Below are positions 39,425-49,140 of a stretch of 64,000 nucleotides of DNA, piece after piece. The notes under the pieces were generated by a model. The model had not been told where the DNA came from and did no database searches. It saw nothing but the letters and a program-made list of their open reading frames with translations. The stretch spans positions 19,526-83,525 of the forward strand of contig MEXP01000020.1 in the NCBI GenBank assembly GCA_001773725.1, written 5' to 3'. This DNA comes from Candidatus Amesbacteria bacterium RIFCSPLOWO2_01_FULL_49_25 (GTDB lineage: Bacteria; Patescibacteriota; Microgenomatia; CAZETR01; Amesbacteraceae). Made by a program: the position numbers and the translations under genes. Each line of letters opens with the position of its first letter. Position 1 is the first letter of the stretch.

Positions 39425-40302
39425 GAAAAAGCCCTCAACGCCTTCCATCTCACCCACTCTGCAATTCTGAAAAACATATACCAAGGCTCATTGATCGGCA
39501 AATCATAAGTCCCCGCCATTTCCACCAACTGTGGGCCAAACTGCTCCTTAAACCGGCTGAACCCTTTTCCTTCTTCCGCTCCCCACAAATCCATTGTTTT
39601 ATATCCCTCTTTTTTTGCCCACTTTATTATTTCCCACAATCCCAACACTGGCGCCATCAGATATTTATATTCATCATCAAACGCCCCATACGCGTAATAA
39701 ATAAAGTCTTTCCAGGCGAAAATCACCCAGCTAGCTATAACTTTATCTTTATATTCAGCCTTAAACAAATGCACGAAATCCAGTTTGACTAGCTCCCGAT
39801 GATAATTTTCTGAATGGGCATAAATTTTCTGCCGTTTAGAAGTTTTCCCAAACATCAATCTCAAATATTCACTTAGGCTTAGACTGTCTTCTTCGACTGT
39901 CACGCCGTGTTTTTCTGCCAGTCGAATATTATATCTGCACTTACTGGTCATATTTTTCAGCAAGTCTTCTTCACTCTTCGTCAAATCTATCCAATATGTC
40001 TTCGGCTTAAACAAATGCCTTCCCAGCACCAGTCTTTCCGGTATTTTCGTTCCTTTCATCTCATTCGGCTCAAATCTTACACCGATGCCTCCTTCGAATT
40101 TCTTTAAATCTGCTTCACTGGGCATCTCGCTCATCGGACAATATCCGAACCAAAATCCCAAAGGCAATTTACTCCAAATTATTTGATATTGCTTCTCGCC
40201 AATTATTCTTGACACTTTATTTCCCATCTTCTCCCTAAACTCTCCCCACTCAAATGATTGCATCGGGTGCCCCGCCCCTTTATTCCATTCTTCTTTGTCC
40301 AT
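39421..40302 (-). CDS. FemAB-family aminoacyl-tRNA-dependent peptidoglycan peptidyltransferase-like protein
   Basis: FemAB-like ...DLWGAEEGKGFSRFKEQFG C-terminal block; 293 aa. Confidence 0.55.
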   Translation of the reverse strand: MDKEEWNKGAGHPMQSFEWGEFREKMGNKVSRIIGEKQYQIIWSKLPLGFWFGYCPMSEMPSEADLKKFEGGIGVRFEPNEMKGTKIPERLVLGRHLFKPKTYWIDLTKSEEDLLKNMTSKCRYNIRLAEKHGVTVEEDSLSLSEYLRLMFGKTSKRQKIYAHSENYHRELVKLDFVHLFKAEYKDKVIASWVIFAWKDFIYYAYGAFDDEYKYLMAPVLGLWEIIKWAKKEGYKTMDLWGAEEGKGFSRFKEQFGPQLVEMAGTYDLPINEPWYMFFRIAEWVRWKALRAFS

Positions 40303-40304
40303 GT

Positions 40305-40859
40305 CTACTTACCAGTCAGGTAATCAGCTGCCTGCTTTATAACATCTTCAAAATTCTTAGAAGTGTCAAAATACTTAATTCCGTACTTCGCACATTCTGA
40401 CTCATAATATTTACTAATTTTGATAAATTCATCGACCAAGTCCCTTAACTCCGAATCACTCATATCGCTAGTCCACTCACCCTCAGCGCCTGGGTTGTTT
40501 CTAATTTGTTTCAATTTTTCCTCCGGGTCTAAGTCCGCGTATCCCAAAAAAACCATTTTTATATCATTTTTTTCTTTATATTCACTCAAATATCTTGGCA
40601 AAAAATTAGTTCCCTCAACCAGAAGGTCGTCCTTATAGTATTTTATTCTCTGATTCAGGATTCCTTTAAAAAACGGCCACAAAATTTCTGATTTTTCAAT
40701 ATCACTCATTCCTTTTTTTATTCCAAACTTCGGAGCTTCGTGTCCCAACGCGTCTCTTAGATAGTCAGTACAAAACCCAGGGATTCCATACTTTCCCAAC
40801 AACAATTTTTTCAAGGCAGTTTTCCCCGCTCGCGGAGTACCTCCCACCAAATAAGTCAT
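40305..40859 (-). CDS. small P-loop NTPase/kinase-like protein
   Basis: GGTPRAGKT Walker A in a 184-aa protein; no further assignment possible. Confidence 0.5.
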   Translation of the reverse strand: MTYLVGGTPRAGKTALKKLLLGKYGIPGFCTDYLRDALGHEAPKFGIKKGMSDIEKSEILWPFFKGILNQRIKYYKDDLLVEGTNFLPRYLSEYKEKNDIKMVFLGYADLDPEEKLKQIRNNPGAEGEWTSDMSDSELRDLVDEFIKISKYYESECAKYGIKYFDTSKNFEDVIKQAADYLTGK

Positions 40860-40875
40860 AGCCTATTTTAACAAA

Positions 40876-42762
40876 CTAATCCGGTCTCCACTTCCAGTTA
40901 CCTTCCTCATCGAATCCCCAATTTTGTTCCAAACTTAATCTCTTAACCTTTTTAATTTCTTGGTTAACTTCTATTAATTTCTCCGGAATATCGCCCAAGA
41001 ATCTGGACACCGGATTATTCGACCGCGATCCGAAAAACAATCGTCTCCGTGCATACGTCAGATACAGCTTATCCATCGCCCGGGTCATTCCCACATACGC
41101 CAAGCGCCTCTCCTCCTCCATTTGTTCCGAATCCATAAGAGAGCGGGAGTGGGGGAATAACCCTTCTTCCATCCCCACCATAAACACATGTCTAAACTCC
41201 AGTCCCTTAGCCGCATGTAACGTCATTAGAGTTACTGCTCCATTCTTATACTCTCCAGCTCTTCTACTCTCCCGCTCTGTTAGTGCCACATTTTCTAAAA
41301 AATGCACTAACTCTGGGAATTCCTGGGCCACGCTCCTCAATTCTTTAATGTTTTCGAGCCTTACTGCATCTTCCTCGTTCAGTTCATCAAACTGCTCCAA
41401 ATACCCAGTCACTTTCAACACTTCATCCAATACTTCCAAAGATTTTTTATTTAGAAATTCGATATTAAAAATTAGTAATTTTTGCAACCTCCCCTTCCCA
41501 TTCTTTTCGGCTCTCTTCTTGGCCACTTCGTCCTCCGGATTCAAGACTAAGCGCAAATATGCCAACACATCCTTTATCTCCTTTCTCTCATAAAACCTCA
41601 CCCCTCCCACCAGTGAATAGGGGATACCTGCATGTAAAAACGCTTCCTCCAGCACCCGTGACTGCGCATTAGTCCGGTATAAAACAGCGTAATCAGAATA
41701 TCTAAATGACTGCAAAAGTGAGCAGCTGAGCAGCTGAGCAACGATAAAACCCGCCTCCTCCAACTCACTTTCCGCTTCGTAAATTATTATTTTCTCTCCG
41801 CCCTCCCTTACCGTCCACAGATCCAAAATCGGATGGTTTTTATTTTTGGAAACTACACTTTTGGCCGCGTCCAATATTATTTGCGTAGATCTATAATTTT
41901 GCTCCAGGTTCAAAATGGTCAGATCAAGAAAATCTCCTCTCAAAGCCAGTAGGTTTCGGTAATTTGCCCCCCTCCACGAATAAATCGCCTGGGCCGCATC
42001 CCCCACAGCCGTTAGATTTTTATATTTTTGGGCTAGAGTCTTAGTGATTTCATACTGGGCTTTGTTGGTATCTTGGTACTCATCCACCAAAACATACTTA
42101 AATCTTTCTTGCAATTTCTCTCTTACTTCCGAATTACTTTTTATTAGCTTCACCATTTCTCCCAATAAATCATCAAAATCCAAAGCCTTATACTTTCGCA
42201 GAAGCTGTTGATAAGCCAGGTACACTCGAGCCACCGTCACCGAAAAATTTCCTCGAGCAAAACTTGCGTATTCAGTCGGACCGATAAGTTCGTTTTTAGC
42301 ATCAGATATCGCCCCCAGTACACTTCCCGGCCTAATAGCCTTAACATCTACTCCGACAGCTGTCATAGCTTGCCTTACCGTGTCCAATTGATCCGCTTCG
42401 TCAAAAATTACAAAGTTGGGGTCTAGTCCCGCCTCATCGGCATATCTTCTCAGTGCTTTAGCCGAAAAACTGTGAAATGTTCCCCCTTGCCCCATATATC
42501 CCTGAGAGTAACCGAAGGGGTGAAGTAAGGCTGTTACTCGCTTTATCATCTCCCCCGCCGCCTTATTTGTAAACGTTAAGAGCAGTATTTCTTCAGGTTT
42601 TGCGCCCTTTTCAATCAGCCAGGCGACCCTGTGTGTCAAGACTCTTGTCTTCCCGCTTCCCGCTCCTGCTAAAATAAGCAGGGGTCCGCCTTCAAAGGTT
42701 ACGGCCTTTTTTTGTCCGGGGTTCAATCCTCCCAAAGTATCCATGTCCGAAAAGTTTAACAA
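40876..42762 (-). CDS. ATP-dependent DNA helicase, UvrD/PcrA family
   Basis: AGAGSGKTRVL Walker A, DEYQDTN, and further helicase motifs; 628 aa. Confidence 0.85.
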   Translation of the reverse strand: MLNFSDMDTLGGLNPGQKKAVTFEGGPLLILAGAGSGKTRVLTHRVAWLIEKGAKPEEILLLTFTNKAAGEMIKRVTALLHPFGYSQGYMGQGGTFHSFSAKALRRYADEAGLDPNFVIFDEADQLDTVRQAMTAVGVDVKAIRPGSVLGAISDAKNELIGPTEYASFARGNFSVTVARVYLAYQQLLRKYKALDFDDLLGEMVKLIKSNSEVREKLQERFKYVLVDEYQDTNKAQYEITKTLAQKYKNLTAVGDAAQAIYSWRGANYRNLLALRGDFLDLTILNLEQNYRSTQIILDAAKSVVSKNKNHPILDLWTVREGGEKIIIYEAESELEEAGFIVAQLLSCSLLQSFRYSDYAVLYRTNAQSRVLEEAFLHAGIPYSLVGGVRFYERKEIKDVLAYLRLVLNPEDEVAKKRAEKNGKGRLQKLLIFNIEFLNKKSLEVLDEVLKVTGYLEQFDELNEEDAVRLENIKELRSVAQEFPELVHFLENVALTERESRRAGEYKNGAVTLMTLHAAKGLEFRHVFMVGMEEGLFPHSRSLMDSEQMEEERRLAYVGMTRAMDKLYLTYARRRLFFGSRSNNPVSRFLGDIPEKLIEVNQEIKKVKRLSLEQNWGFDEEGNWKWRPD

Positions 42763-43768
42763 ATTTAAACGCCGCCTACTCTCCCAGGTCCAATTATTGC
42801 GGGTTGTCTTTCTGGTTATCCTTCTGCTGGTTGTTGGCTTCGGCTGGTTTTTTCTCCGTCAGCCCGTAAGCAGCATCATAAGATTTATAACTTCGGCCTC
42901 CTCTTCCTCCCTCCCGTCCCACTCGGGTCGAACCAACTTTCTGATTCTGGGTATCGGCGGTGGCTCTCACGAAAGTCCTGATCTGACCGACACCATTATT
43001 TTCGCTTCGATTTCCCCCTCCTCATCTCCGGTTCTCTTATCCATTCCTCGCGACCTTTGGGTTCCCTCTCTCCAAGCCAAAATCAACACCGCTTTCCACT
43101 ATGGACGGGAAAAAGCGGGCGATTCCGGCGGTTTGATCCTGGCCAAATCCGCCGTTTCTGAGATTATTGACCAGTCGGTGGATTTTGTTGTCGTCTTCGA
43201 CTTTGCTACTTTTTCCCAGGTAGTCGACTACCTGGGAGGAATTGACGTTCAGGTAGAGCGTTCGTTTACCGATACTCAGTACCCCATAGCCGGGAAAGAA
43301 GACGATCTCTGTGCCGGCGACCCTGAATACAAATGCCGTTATGAAACCATTACTTTTGCCAAAGGACAGCAACATATGGATGGAAACATAGCCCTTAAAT
43401 TTGTACGATCGCGTCACTCTGGGGACTCAGAAGAAGGCACCGACTTTGCCCGCTCCCAACGTCAAGCCCAGGTGATCCAGGCCATTAAAGACAAACTTCT
43501 TTCCCGCCCGGACCCCGCCCTTTATCGCCGCCTCTATGATCTCATTATCCAAAAAATTCAGACGGATATTGCCCCCGATCACTATTTCGCCCTGACCAAA
43601 CTAGCCATGTCCGCCAGAAAGTTTAATTTAAAATCTCATACCCTTTCCACCCCAGACCAGCTCTATCACCCCCCGGTCTCTGGTAAGTACTTAAACCAGT
43701 GGGTGCTGACGCCACTACCCAACGACCCCCAATCAATTTCCCGCTACGTTGCTGATCTTCTCAACTGA
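42743..43768 (+). CDS. LytR-CpsA-Psr (LCP) family cell-wall glycopolymer transferase
   Basis: N-terminal TM helix, then NFLILGIGGG...DTII...LSIPRDLWV...FVRSRH. Confidence 0.75.
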   Translation: MSEKFNKFKRRLLSQVQLLRVVFLVILLLVVGFGWFFLRQPVSSIIRFITSASSSSLPSHSGRTNFLILGIGGGSHESPDLTDTIIFASISPSSSPVLLSIPRDLWVPSLQAKINTAFHYGREKAGDSGGLILAKSAVSEIIDQSVDFVVVFDFATFSQVVDYLGGIDVQVERSFTDTQYPIAGKEDDLCAGDPEYKCRYETITFAKGQQHMDGNIALKFVRSRHSGDSEEGTDFARSQRQAQVIQAIKDKLLSRPDPALYRRLYDLIIQKIQTDIAPDHYFALTKLAMSARKFNLKSHTLSTPDQLYHPPVSGKYLNQWVLTPLPNDPQSISRYVADLLN

Positions 43769-45857
43769 CCTTGTAAATTTTTGTCGTCCCGCTCACAAAC
43801 ACCTCCTCACCCAATTTTTCTATACTGCTTTCATTTAACAGCGGGTACTTCTGTCTTTCAAAATCGCCCACCACAATATATTTTACATTGTATTTGGACA
43901 ACACCTCTCGGCTTTTTTCCACATCTTCCGACTCGTAAATGCCTCTTACCTCCTCGCCTCTTTTCGCAATCGGGTCATAACTGCCCCGCCATAGCCACTC
44001 GTGAACCACCCACCCGGCAACAGTCGGCAAGCCGCTGAATGTAGAAATAGCGTCAAAATCCGTATAGCTGTCCCCGCTCGCCTCAACTATTACCGGTTGG
44101 TCGCGATCGTCGACATTTTTCTTAAACCAGTCAATAGCCGCTCGCGTATTTGGGTATCTCTCGTCCAGCCATTTCAGTCCATACAGGCCCTGATACGTCT
44201 TAAGTCCCCCAAAATAACTTCTCACCGAAAACCATGGATATATCGATACCAATACCAGCATCGGAATCACTCCCACCCAAAAAGCAAACTTCAACTTTTT
44301 TTCCTGATACTCGAAATACTTGACTATCGTGTACCCCGTTACTATCGACATCAAAATAAACACTTGGTAACCCAGCTTAAACATGGTATTGCTGCGAAAA
44401 TGCAGAGGATATATGTCTTTAAAATAAAAAAATTCCGCAAATAAGATTAACCCCAGGCAAAACGCAGACCACAAGTAAAACATTTTCTTCGTCACGGGAT
44501 TTTTGTCCCTGGCAAATACATACCAAATTCCCCCCCACAAAAACAGTCCCCACAATACCAACATCATCCACACCGGCGACCTCTGGCACTTTTCCACCTC
44601 TTCAAACACAAGCGGACCAATCTTGGAATTTGCGAGACTTTCCGGCGGGCAATTTACAGCTACTCCCGACACAAAAGGCTTGAAGCTCAACATGAACGGC
44701 AGCACAGTTATCACAAACACAACTATTGCCAGTCCCACGTCTTTCGCCGCTTGTTCAATCCACGCCCTGTTTATCGATAATTTGGGATTGCTGAAAAATA
44801 CATACATCAAGACAAAAAGAGCCATGTATATTGGTCCATCCAGCGCACTAGTCATAAACATTATCCCCGCCACCCATCCAAAAATGGCCCTTTGGTGCCA
44901 CGTCTTGTCCTCGTTATTCACCCCAAACATGTTAATTAAAAGTGCAATTGCCAACAGTAAAAATGGAATATCCAAAACATGCCCATGTACATCCGATACT
45001 ACAAACGAGTAGCTGGGAAACTCATGAATCGTGTATGGAATAAATCTCGTGGCATTGGGATACCAATAGTTTTTCCAGCCATTGGGATCAAATTTAATTT
45101 CCCAAAACGGCGGCGGCGTCTCCTCGCCGTTATATCCGCTAGTCAGGGCATAAATCGTTTGCAAATTTCCGCCCAATGTTACCAAAAATGCTATAAGTGC
45201 CGCCCCCCATAACTTTACTTTTCTTGAAGATTTTGCCAAAAGTTGGTAGCCGATCCCAAAGCTCATAGTCAGGCACAAAGCAAACAACGTGGTCAGCATC
45301 AGGTTAAACGTATAAGCCAACTGCAAATTTGATATTTTCGTCAGAACGGCCATTGCCAAATGCCCAAAGTAGTAATAATTTATTGACTCGCCCGAGAACC
45401 ACATATCCCCAGGCGGAAAAAATCTCGTTTTCATAATCGATTGGGTGAAACCATAATCCATAAACTTTTCCAACCCGTTTATCGTCGGTTCATAAGCCTT
45501 TACCCACGACCAAAAAATTAATGCCGCTCCAAAAAACAACTCTTCCTTCAAAACCACCGCCCAGTCTATCTCCTCTTTAGATTTTTTTATTTTCCACCAG
45601 GACAGGATTGCCAATGCCGCCAAAACCACCCAAATTAATTGTTGTCCAAACTCGGCCAGCTTCCAGCTGGAAATAATCCACACTCCAAAGGTTACTACCC
45701 CTATTCCCGCCGCCTTCGTAGCAAAATATCCTCGGTCAAACCAAGACTTAAATATTATTCTCACCACTGGCCACACACTAAGTCCCACACCCGCCACTAC
45801 CAACCACCACCAAAGTATACTCGGCAAATCTTGTCCCACAAACGGATTATAATTCAT
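43761..45857 (-). CDS. DUF2298 / 'YYY-domain' polytopic membrane protein (putative GT-C glycosyltransferase)
   Basis: SINYYYFGH motif characteristic of the Chloroflexi/Archaea YYY family; more than 12 TM helices; 698 aa. Confidence 0.6.
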   Translation of the reverse strand: MNYNPFVGQDLPSILWWWLVVAGVGLSVWPVVRIIFKSWFDRGYFATKAAGIGVVTFGVWIISSWKLAEFGQQLIWVVLAALAILSWWKIKKSKEEIDWAVVLKEELFFGAALIFWSWVKAYEPTINGLEKFMDYGFTQSIMKTRFFPPGDMWFSGESINYYYFGHLAMAVLTKISNLQLAYTFNLMLTTLFALCLTMSFGIGYQLLAKSSRKVKLWGAALIAFLVTLGGNLQTIYALTSGYNGEETPPPFWEIKFDPNGWKNYWYPNATRFIPYTIHEFPSYSFVVSDVHGHVLDIPFLLLAIALLINMFGVNNEDKTWHQRAIFGWVAGIMFMTSALDGPIYMALFVLMYVFFSNPKLSINRAWIEQAAKDVGLAIVVFVITVLPFMLSFKPFVSGVAVNCPPESLANSKIGPLVFEEVEKCQRSPVWMMLVLWGLFLWGGIWYVFARDKNPVTKKMFYLWSAFCLGLILFAEFFYFKDIYPLHFRSNTMFKLGYQVFILMSIVTGYTIVKYFEYQEKKLKFAFWVGVIPMLVLVSIYPWFSVRSYFGGLKTYQGLYGLKWLDERYPNTRAAIDWFKKNVDDRDQPVIVEASGDSYTDFDAISTFSGLPTVAGWVVHEWLWRGSYDPIAKRGEEVRGIYESEDVEKSREVLSKYNVKYIVVGDFERQKYPLLNESSIEKLGEEVFVSGTTKIYKVS

Positions 45858-45860
45858 CTC

Positions 45861-47471
45861 ATGCGAATTTTGTCGTCCTTACCCGCCATAGCCCTAATAT
45901 CGGCGAGTTTCGCCTTCTCCTTCTGGCTTATGTGGCACACTTTTTCCTACTCTCCTCAGACAAATCAAATAATGATTTCCGCCAAGGCTTGGAGTGACTT
46001 TGGTGAGCACATCCCCCTCATCCGTTCATTTTCCTTTGGGTCCAACCTTCCCCCACAACACCCCCTTTACCCAGGCGAGCCTATCCGTTATCACTACTTT
46101 TTTTATTTTTTAGTCGCCCTTTTGGAGAGTTGGGGAGTCCGCCTCGACTGGGCTTTAAATTTAATGAGCGCTACTGGTCTTGCCTTCCTCCTGCTTCTTA
46201 TCTATCGTTTCAGTTACTCGCTCTTTTCCCGTCGTCTAGCCGCCATCCTCTCTGTCTTGTTCTTTCTTTTCAATGGCTCTTTCTCTTGGCTGGACTATCT
46301 AAAAATCAATAACTTTGCTCTTAAATCATCAATCATAAATCTCAAATCATTATCACACTTTCCCTCTTTTGGTCCTTGGAATGGTAGTCTGATAACCGCT
46401 TTTTGGAATTTAAATATCTACACCAACCAGCGCCATTTAGCTTTTTCCTTCGCCCTTCTTTTATTTTTGATTTACATTTTATATATTCCTTCCCGTCGCT
46501 TTTCCCTTCTTACCGGCTTTATCTTGGGATCTCTTCTTCTCCTAAATCAAGCTGCATTTGCCATTGGCCTTATATTTGCGGGCTGGTTTTTTCTTTTCCG
46601 TCCCCGTCTTCGTTTACCCATGGCCATCTCAATTTTCGGGGTCCTGCCCTGGCTCTATCTCTATTCCTTTTCATCTCTGGTTCCCCCCACGCTGCTCAAA
46701 CATATCGGCTTTCTTACTCCAGATCCCCCCACCACCTCCGCCCTAGCTAAATTCTGGCTGTACAACATCGGTTTGCATTTATTTTTAATTCCCCTCGGGG
46801 CTGTTATTGCGCCCCGTCGTTCATGGATCCTTCTTCCGCCCCTGATTATTATTTTTCTGATCCCAAATTACTGGCAACTATCTCCGGATCTGATCAACAA
46901 TCACAAGTTTTTCAACTTTTTCCTCATCATTGGTCAGATGTTTACGGCCCATCTCTTGGCCTTTTTTCTTTCATCCCGCAACTGGTTCTTCAAACTTCCC
47001 GCACTTCTTCTCATTTTCCCCCTCACCCTAGGCGGTATCGTCGATTTCTTTCCCGTCAAAAACGATTCTCTTGGCTATTTAAACGACGTCTCCTCCAATC
47101 CTGAAGCCTATTTCTTTGCTCGTTATACTTCACCCAACTCCATCGTTCTCAATAGTTATTGGTTCTATCATTCCGCCTCCCTTGCCGGCCGCAAAGTGTT
47201 CAACGGCTACTCTTATTTTACCTGGTCTTTTGGCTACAACGCCGGTACCCGGGAAAAACTTGCTGTGGCCATTTACGCCGCCCCCACCCGGCAGGCCGCC
47301 TGTCGTCTCCTGCATCTCTACAACATTTCCTATGTCGAGCTTCTGGATTCTCCTGAGGGCTTCATCCACCCCAACTGGGACCTCTGGAAAAACCAGTTCA
47401 CTCCAATTTACAGAAACGAGGCTTCCAAGGCCTCCATTTATTCTGTCTCTAAATCCTGTTCAGGCTCATGA
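45861..47471 (+). CDS. polytopic membrane protein, GT-C-like (hypothetical)
   Basis: Start trimmed to MRILSS, because the upstream part of the track ORF overlaps the divergent gene. About 12 TM helices; YHYFFY loop. Confidence 0.45.
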   Translation: MRILSSLPAIALISASFAFSFWLMWHTFSYSPQTNQIMISAKAWSDFGEHIPLIRSFSFGSNLPPQHPLYPGEPIRYHYFFYFLVALLESWGVRLDWALNLMSATGLAFLLLLIYRFSYSLFSRRLAAILSVLFFLFNGSFSWLDYLKINNFALKSSIINLKSLSHFPSFGPWNGSLITAFWNLNIYTNQRHLAFSFALLLFLIYILYIPSRRFSLLTGFILGSLLLLNQAAFAIGLIFAGWFFLFRPRLRLPMAISIFGVLPWLYLYSFSSLVPPTLLKHIGFLTPDPPTTSALAKFWLYNIGLHLFLIPLGAVIAPRRSWILLPPLIIIFLIPNYWQLSPDLINNHKFFNFFLIIGQMFTAHLLAFFLSSRNWFFKLPALLLIFPLTLGGIVDFFPVKNDSLGYLNDVSSNPEAYFFARYTSPNSIVLNSYWFYHSASLAGRKVFNGYSYFTWSFGYNAGTREKLAVAIYAAPTRQAACRLLHLYNISYVELLDSPEGFIHPNWDLWKNQFTPIYRNEASKASIYSVSKSCSGS

Positions 47472-49135
47472 AAAATATTCACTTACTTTCTATTACTTCA
47501 GCCGTCTTCTTAAGCCTATATACCTCTTATATGATTTATTTAGATAAGTATCATCCTATTCTGATAGTCACCTGGCTAAGTTCTGTCATACTGATTTTAC
47601 TTCCCGGTATATTCAGTCAAAAGTTCCCACCTTCATTCAGGCTACGGACTTTCTTCGTGCCCATAATCATAGCCCTCATTCCCCCAACCATTCTTTTCTT
47701 GCTATTTTCGCCAACTCGCCTGCACACAGACGACACTATTCTTGCCTACGTCTCATCGACTACAGATTTCATTAAATCAAACTTTTTTTCTGGTTTTCCC
47801 CAAGATAAAACCGTTCTGATCTCGCAATTTCCTGCCCCGCTTTATATTATTCAAAAGTTCTTTTTGAGCATTTTCGGACACACCATCATGGGAATAAAGA
47901 TTTCAAATTTGCCATATTCGTTTTTGGTTTCTCTCTTTCTTTACAAAATATCTCGGGAATTATTCTCTGATTCAATCGCCATAATATCTGTTTTATTATA
48001 CGGGCTTTTCTTTCCCTCGCTTTATCTTGAAACTTTAGGCGTCCCTTATATTTCCAGTATCGCTGTGTTCACGGTATTTCTATACTTATCGATCCGCTCC
48101 ATCAAGGCTCCCCGCTATACCGATTTTCTTCGCCTGGGTATTGTATGTGGTCTCTGCTTTCTTTTTTACTACTCATCCTACATATCAATTCCCTTGCTTT
48201 TTATTGTACCTTTACTTACCAACTCCAAATCAATCCAAAAGAAAGCAGTCTACCTCTCTTTATCACTGACCGGATTTATAACTATAATACTTCCCTTTTT
48301 CACTCACGCGTATAAATTTGAAAACTTATTCACTTCGCGAACTTCTCAAGTAGCGCTGGTCGGAGGATCATGGTCATCTCACAAAGATGAAAAGATTAAT
48401 CTAAAAGAGCGAATATCTCTTTACGTTTCAAATTTTAAATTATCAGTCAAATCTCTAGTTCAAAACAACATTGGGGGAGCCGGAGGATACAATTTCGGGT
48501 CTCTCAGTTTTTTGAATCCCACATCACTTGCATTATCAATAATAGGAGGATTAATAATACTCATCAAATCAATAAAGTCGCCCGGTTACTCGATCATCAT
48601 CTTGTCAATGTCACTATCATTTACCACCATGGCGCTCGCTATTTCACCACCCGGTTTTCATCGCTTCCATATTTCTTATCCCTTGTTTGCTCTCACAATG
48701 AGTGCGGCCTTCAGCCTTATCACCAAACCCAGGCATCTCGTAATTAAAATGGCCTCAATTTTCATTGGAGCATTACTAATAGGCCGCTACTCACTTGAAA
48801 ACCTCTCGTCATTCAATAGAGCGGCCCGAAATGAATATAACAGTCAATACGTACAATTAGCAGATATCATTAATAATCAATACCTCGGTCGTCACATTCA
48901 CGTCGCCTCATTCCCCGGCTTTGTTTTTGAACGAGTGTATTTCTTCAAATCATCAGACAAAGTCCTCTCAATAGACACTCGGTACCACGACGACTATTTA
49001 AACAATTTTAATAGAAATGAAAAGTACATTTATGTAATGACCATGCCCGAGGTTTTCAAGGAAAAATTCGAGCAAGCGGACCAGAATGGTAAATATGTAA
49101 ATTTTTCGCAAGATTTCGGCTTGTTTGTAAACTAA
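47468..49135 (+). CDS. polytopic membrane protein, GT-C-like (hypothetical)
   Basis: 555 aa, multi-TM, ATGA-coupled to the upstream gene. Confidence 0.45.
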   Translation: MKNIHLLSITSAVFLSLYTSYMIYLDKYHPILIVTWLSSVILILLPGIFSQKFPPSFRLRTFFVPIIIALIPPTILFLLFSPTRLHTDDTILAYVSSTTDFIKSNFFSGFPQDKTVLISQFPAPLYIIQKFFLSIFGHTIMGIKISNLPYSFLVSLFLYKISRELFSDSIAIISVLLYGLFFPSLYLETLGVPYISSIAVFTVFLYLSIRSIKAPRYTDFLRLGIVCGLCFLFYYSSYISIPLLFIVPLLTNSKSIQKKAVYLSLSLTGFITIILPFFTHAYKFENLFTSRTSQVALVGGSWSSHKDEKINLKERISLYVSNFKLSVKSLVQNNIGGAGGYNFGSLSFLNPTSLALSIIGGLIILIKSIKSPGYSIIILSMSLSFTTMALAISPPGFHRFHISYPLFALTMSAAFSLITKPRHLVIKMASIFIGALLIGRYSLENLSSFNRAARNEYNSQYVQLADIINNQYLGRHIHVASFPGFVFERVYFFKSSDKVLSIDTRYHDDYLNNFNRNEKYIYVMTMPEVFKEKFEQADQNGKYVNFSQDFGLFVN

Positions 49136-49140
49136 ATATT

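Noticed and set aside
41700-41740. Short tandem GAGCAGCT GAGCAGCT GAGCAAC inside the pcrA/uvrD gene
   Set aside because: About 2.5 copies of an 8-mer within a conserved reading frame. This is a coding micro-repeat, not a CRISPR or mobile-element signature.
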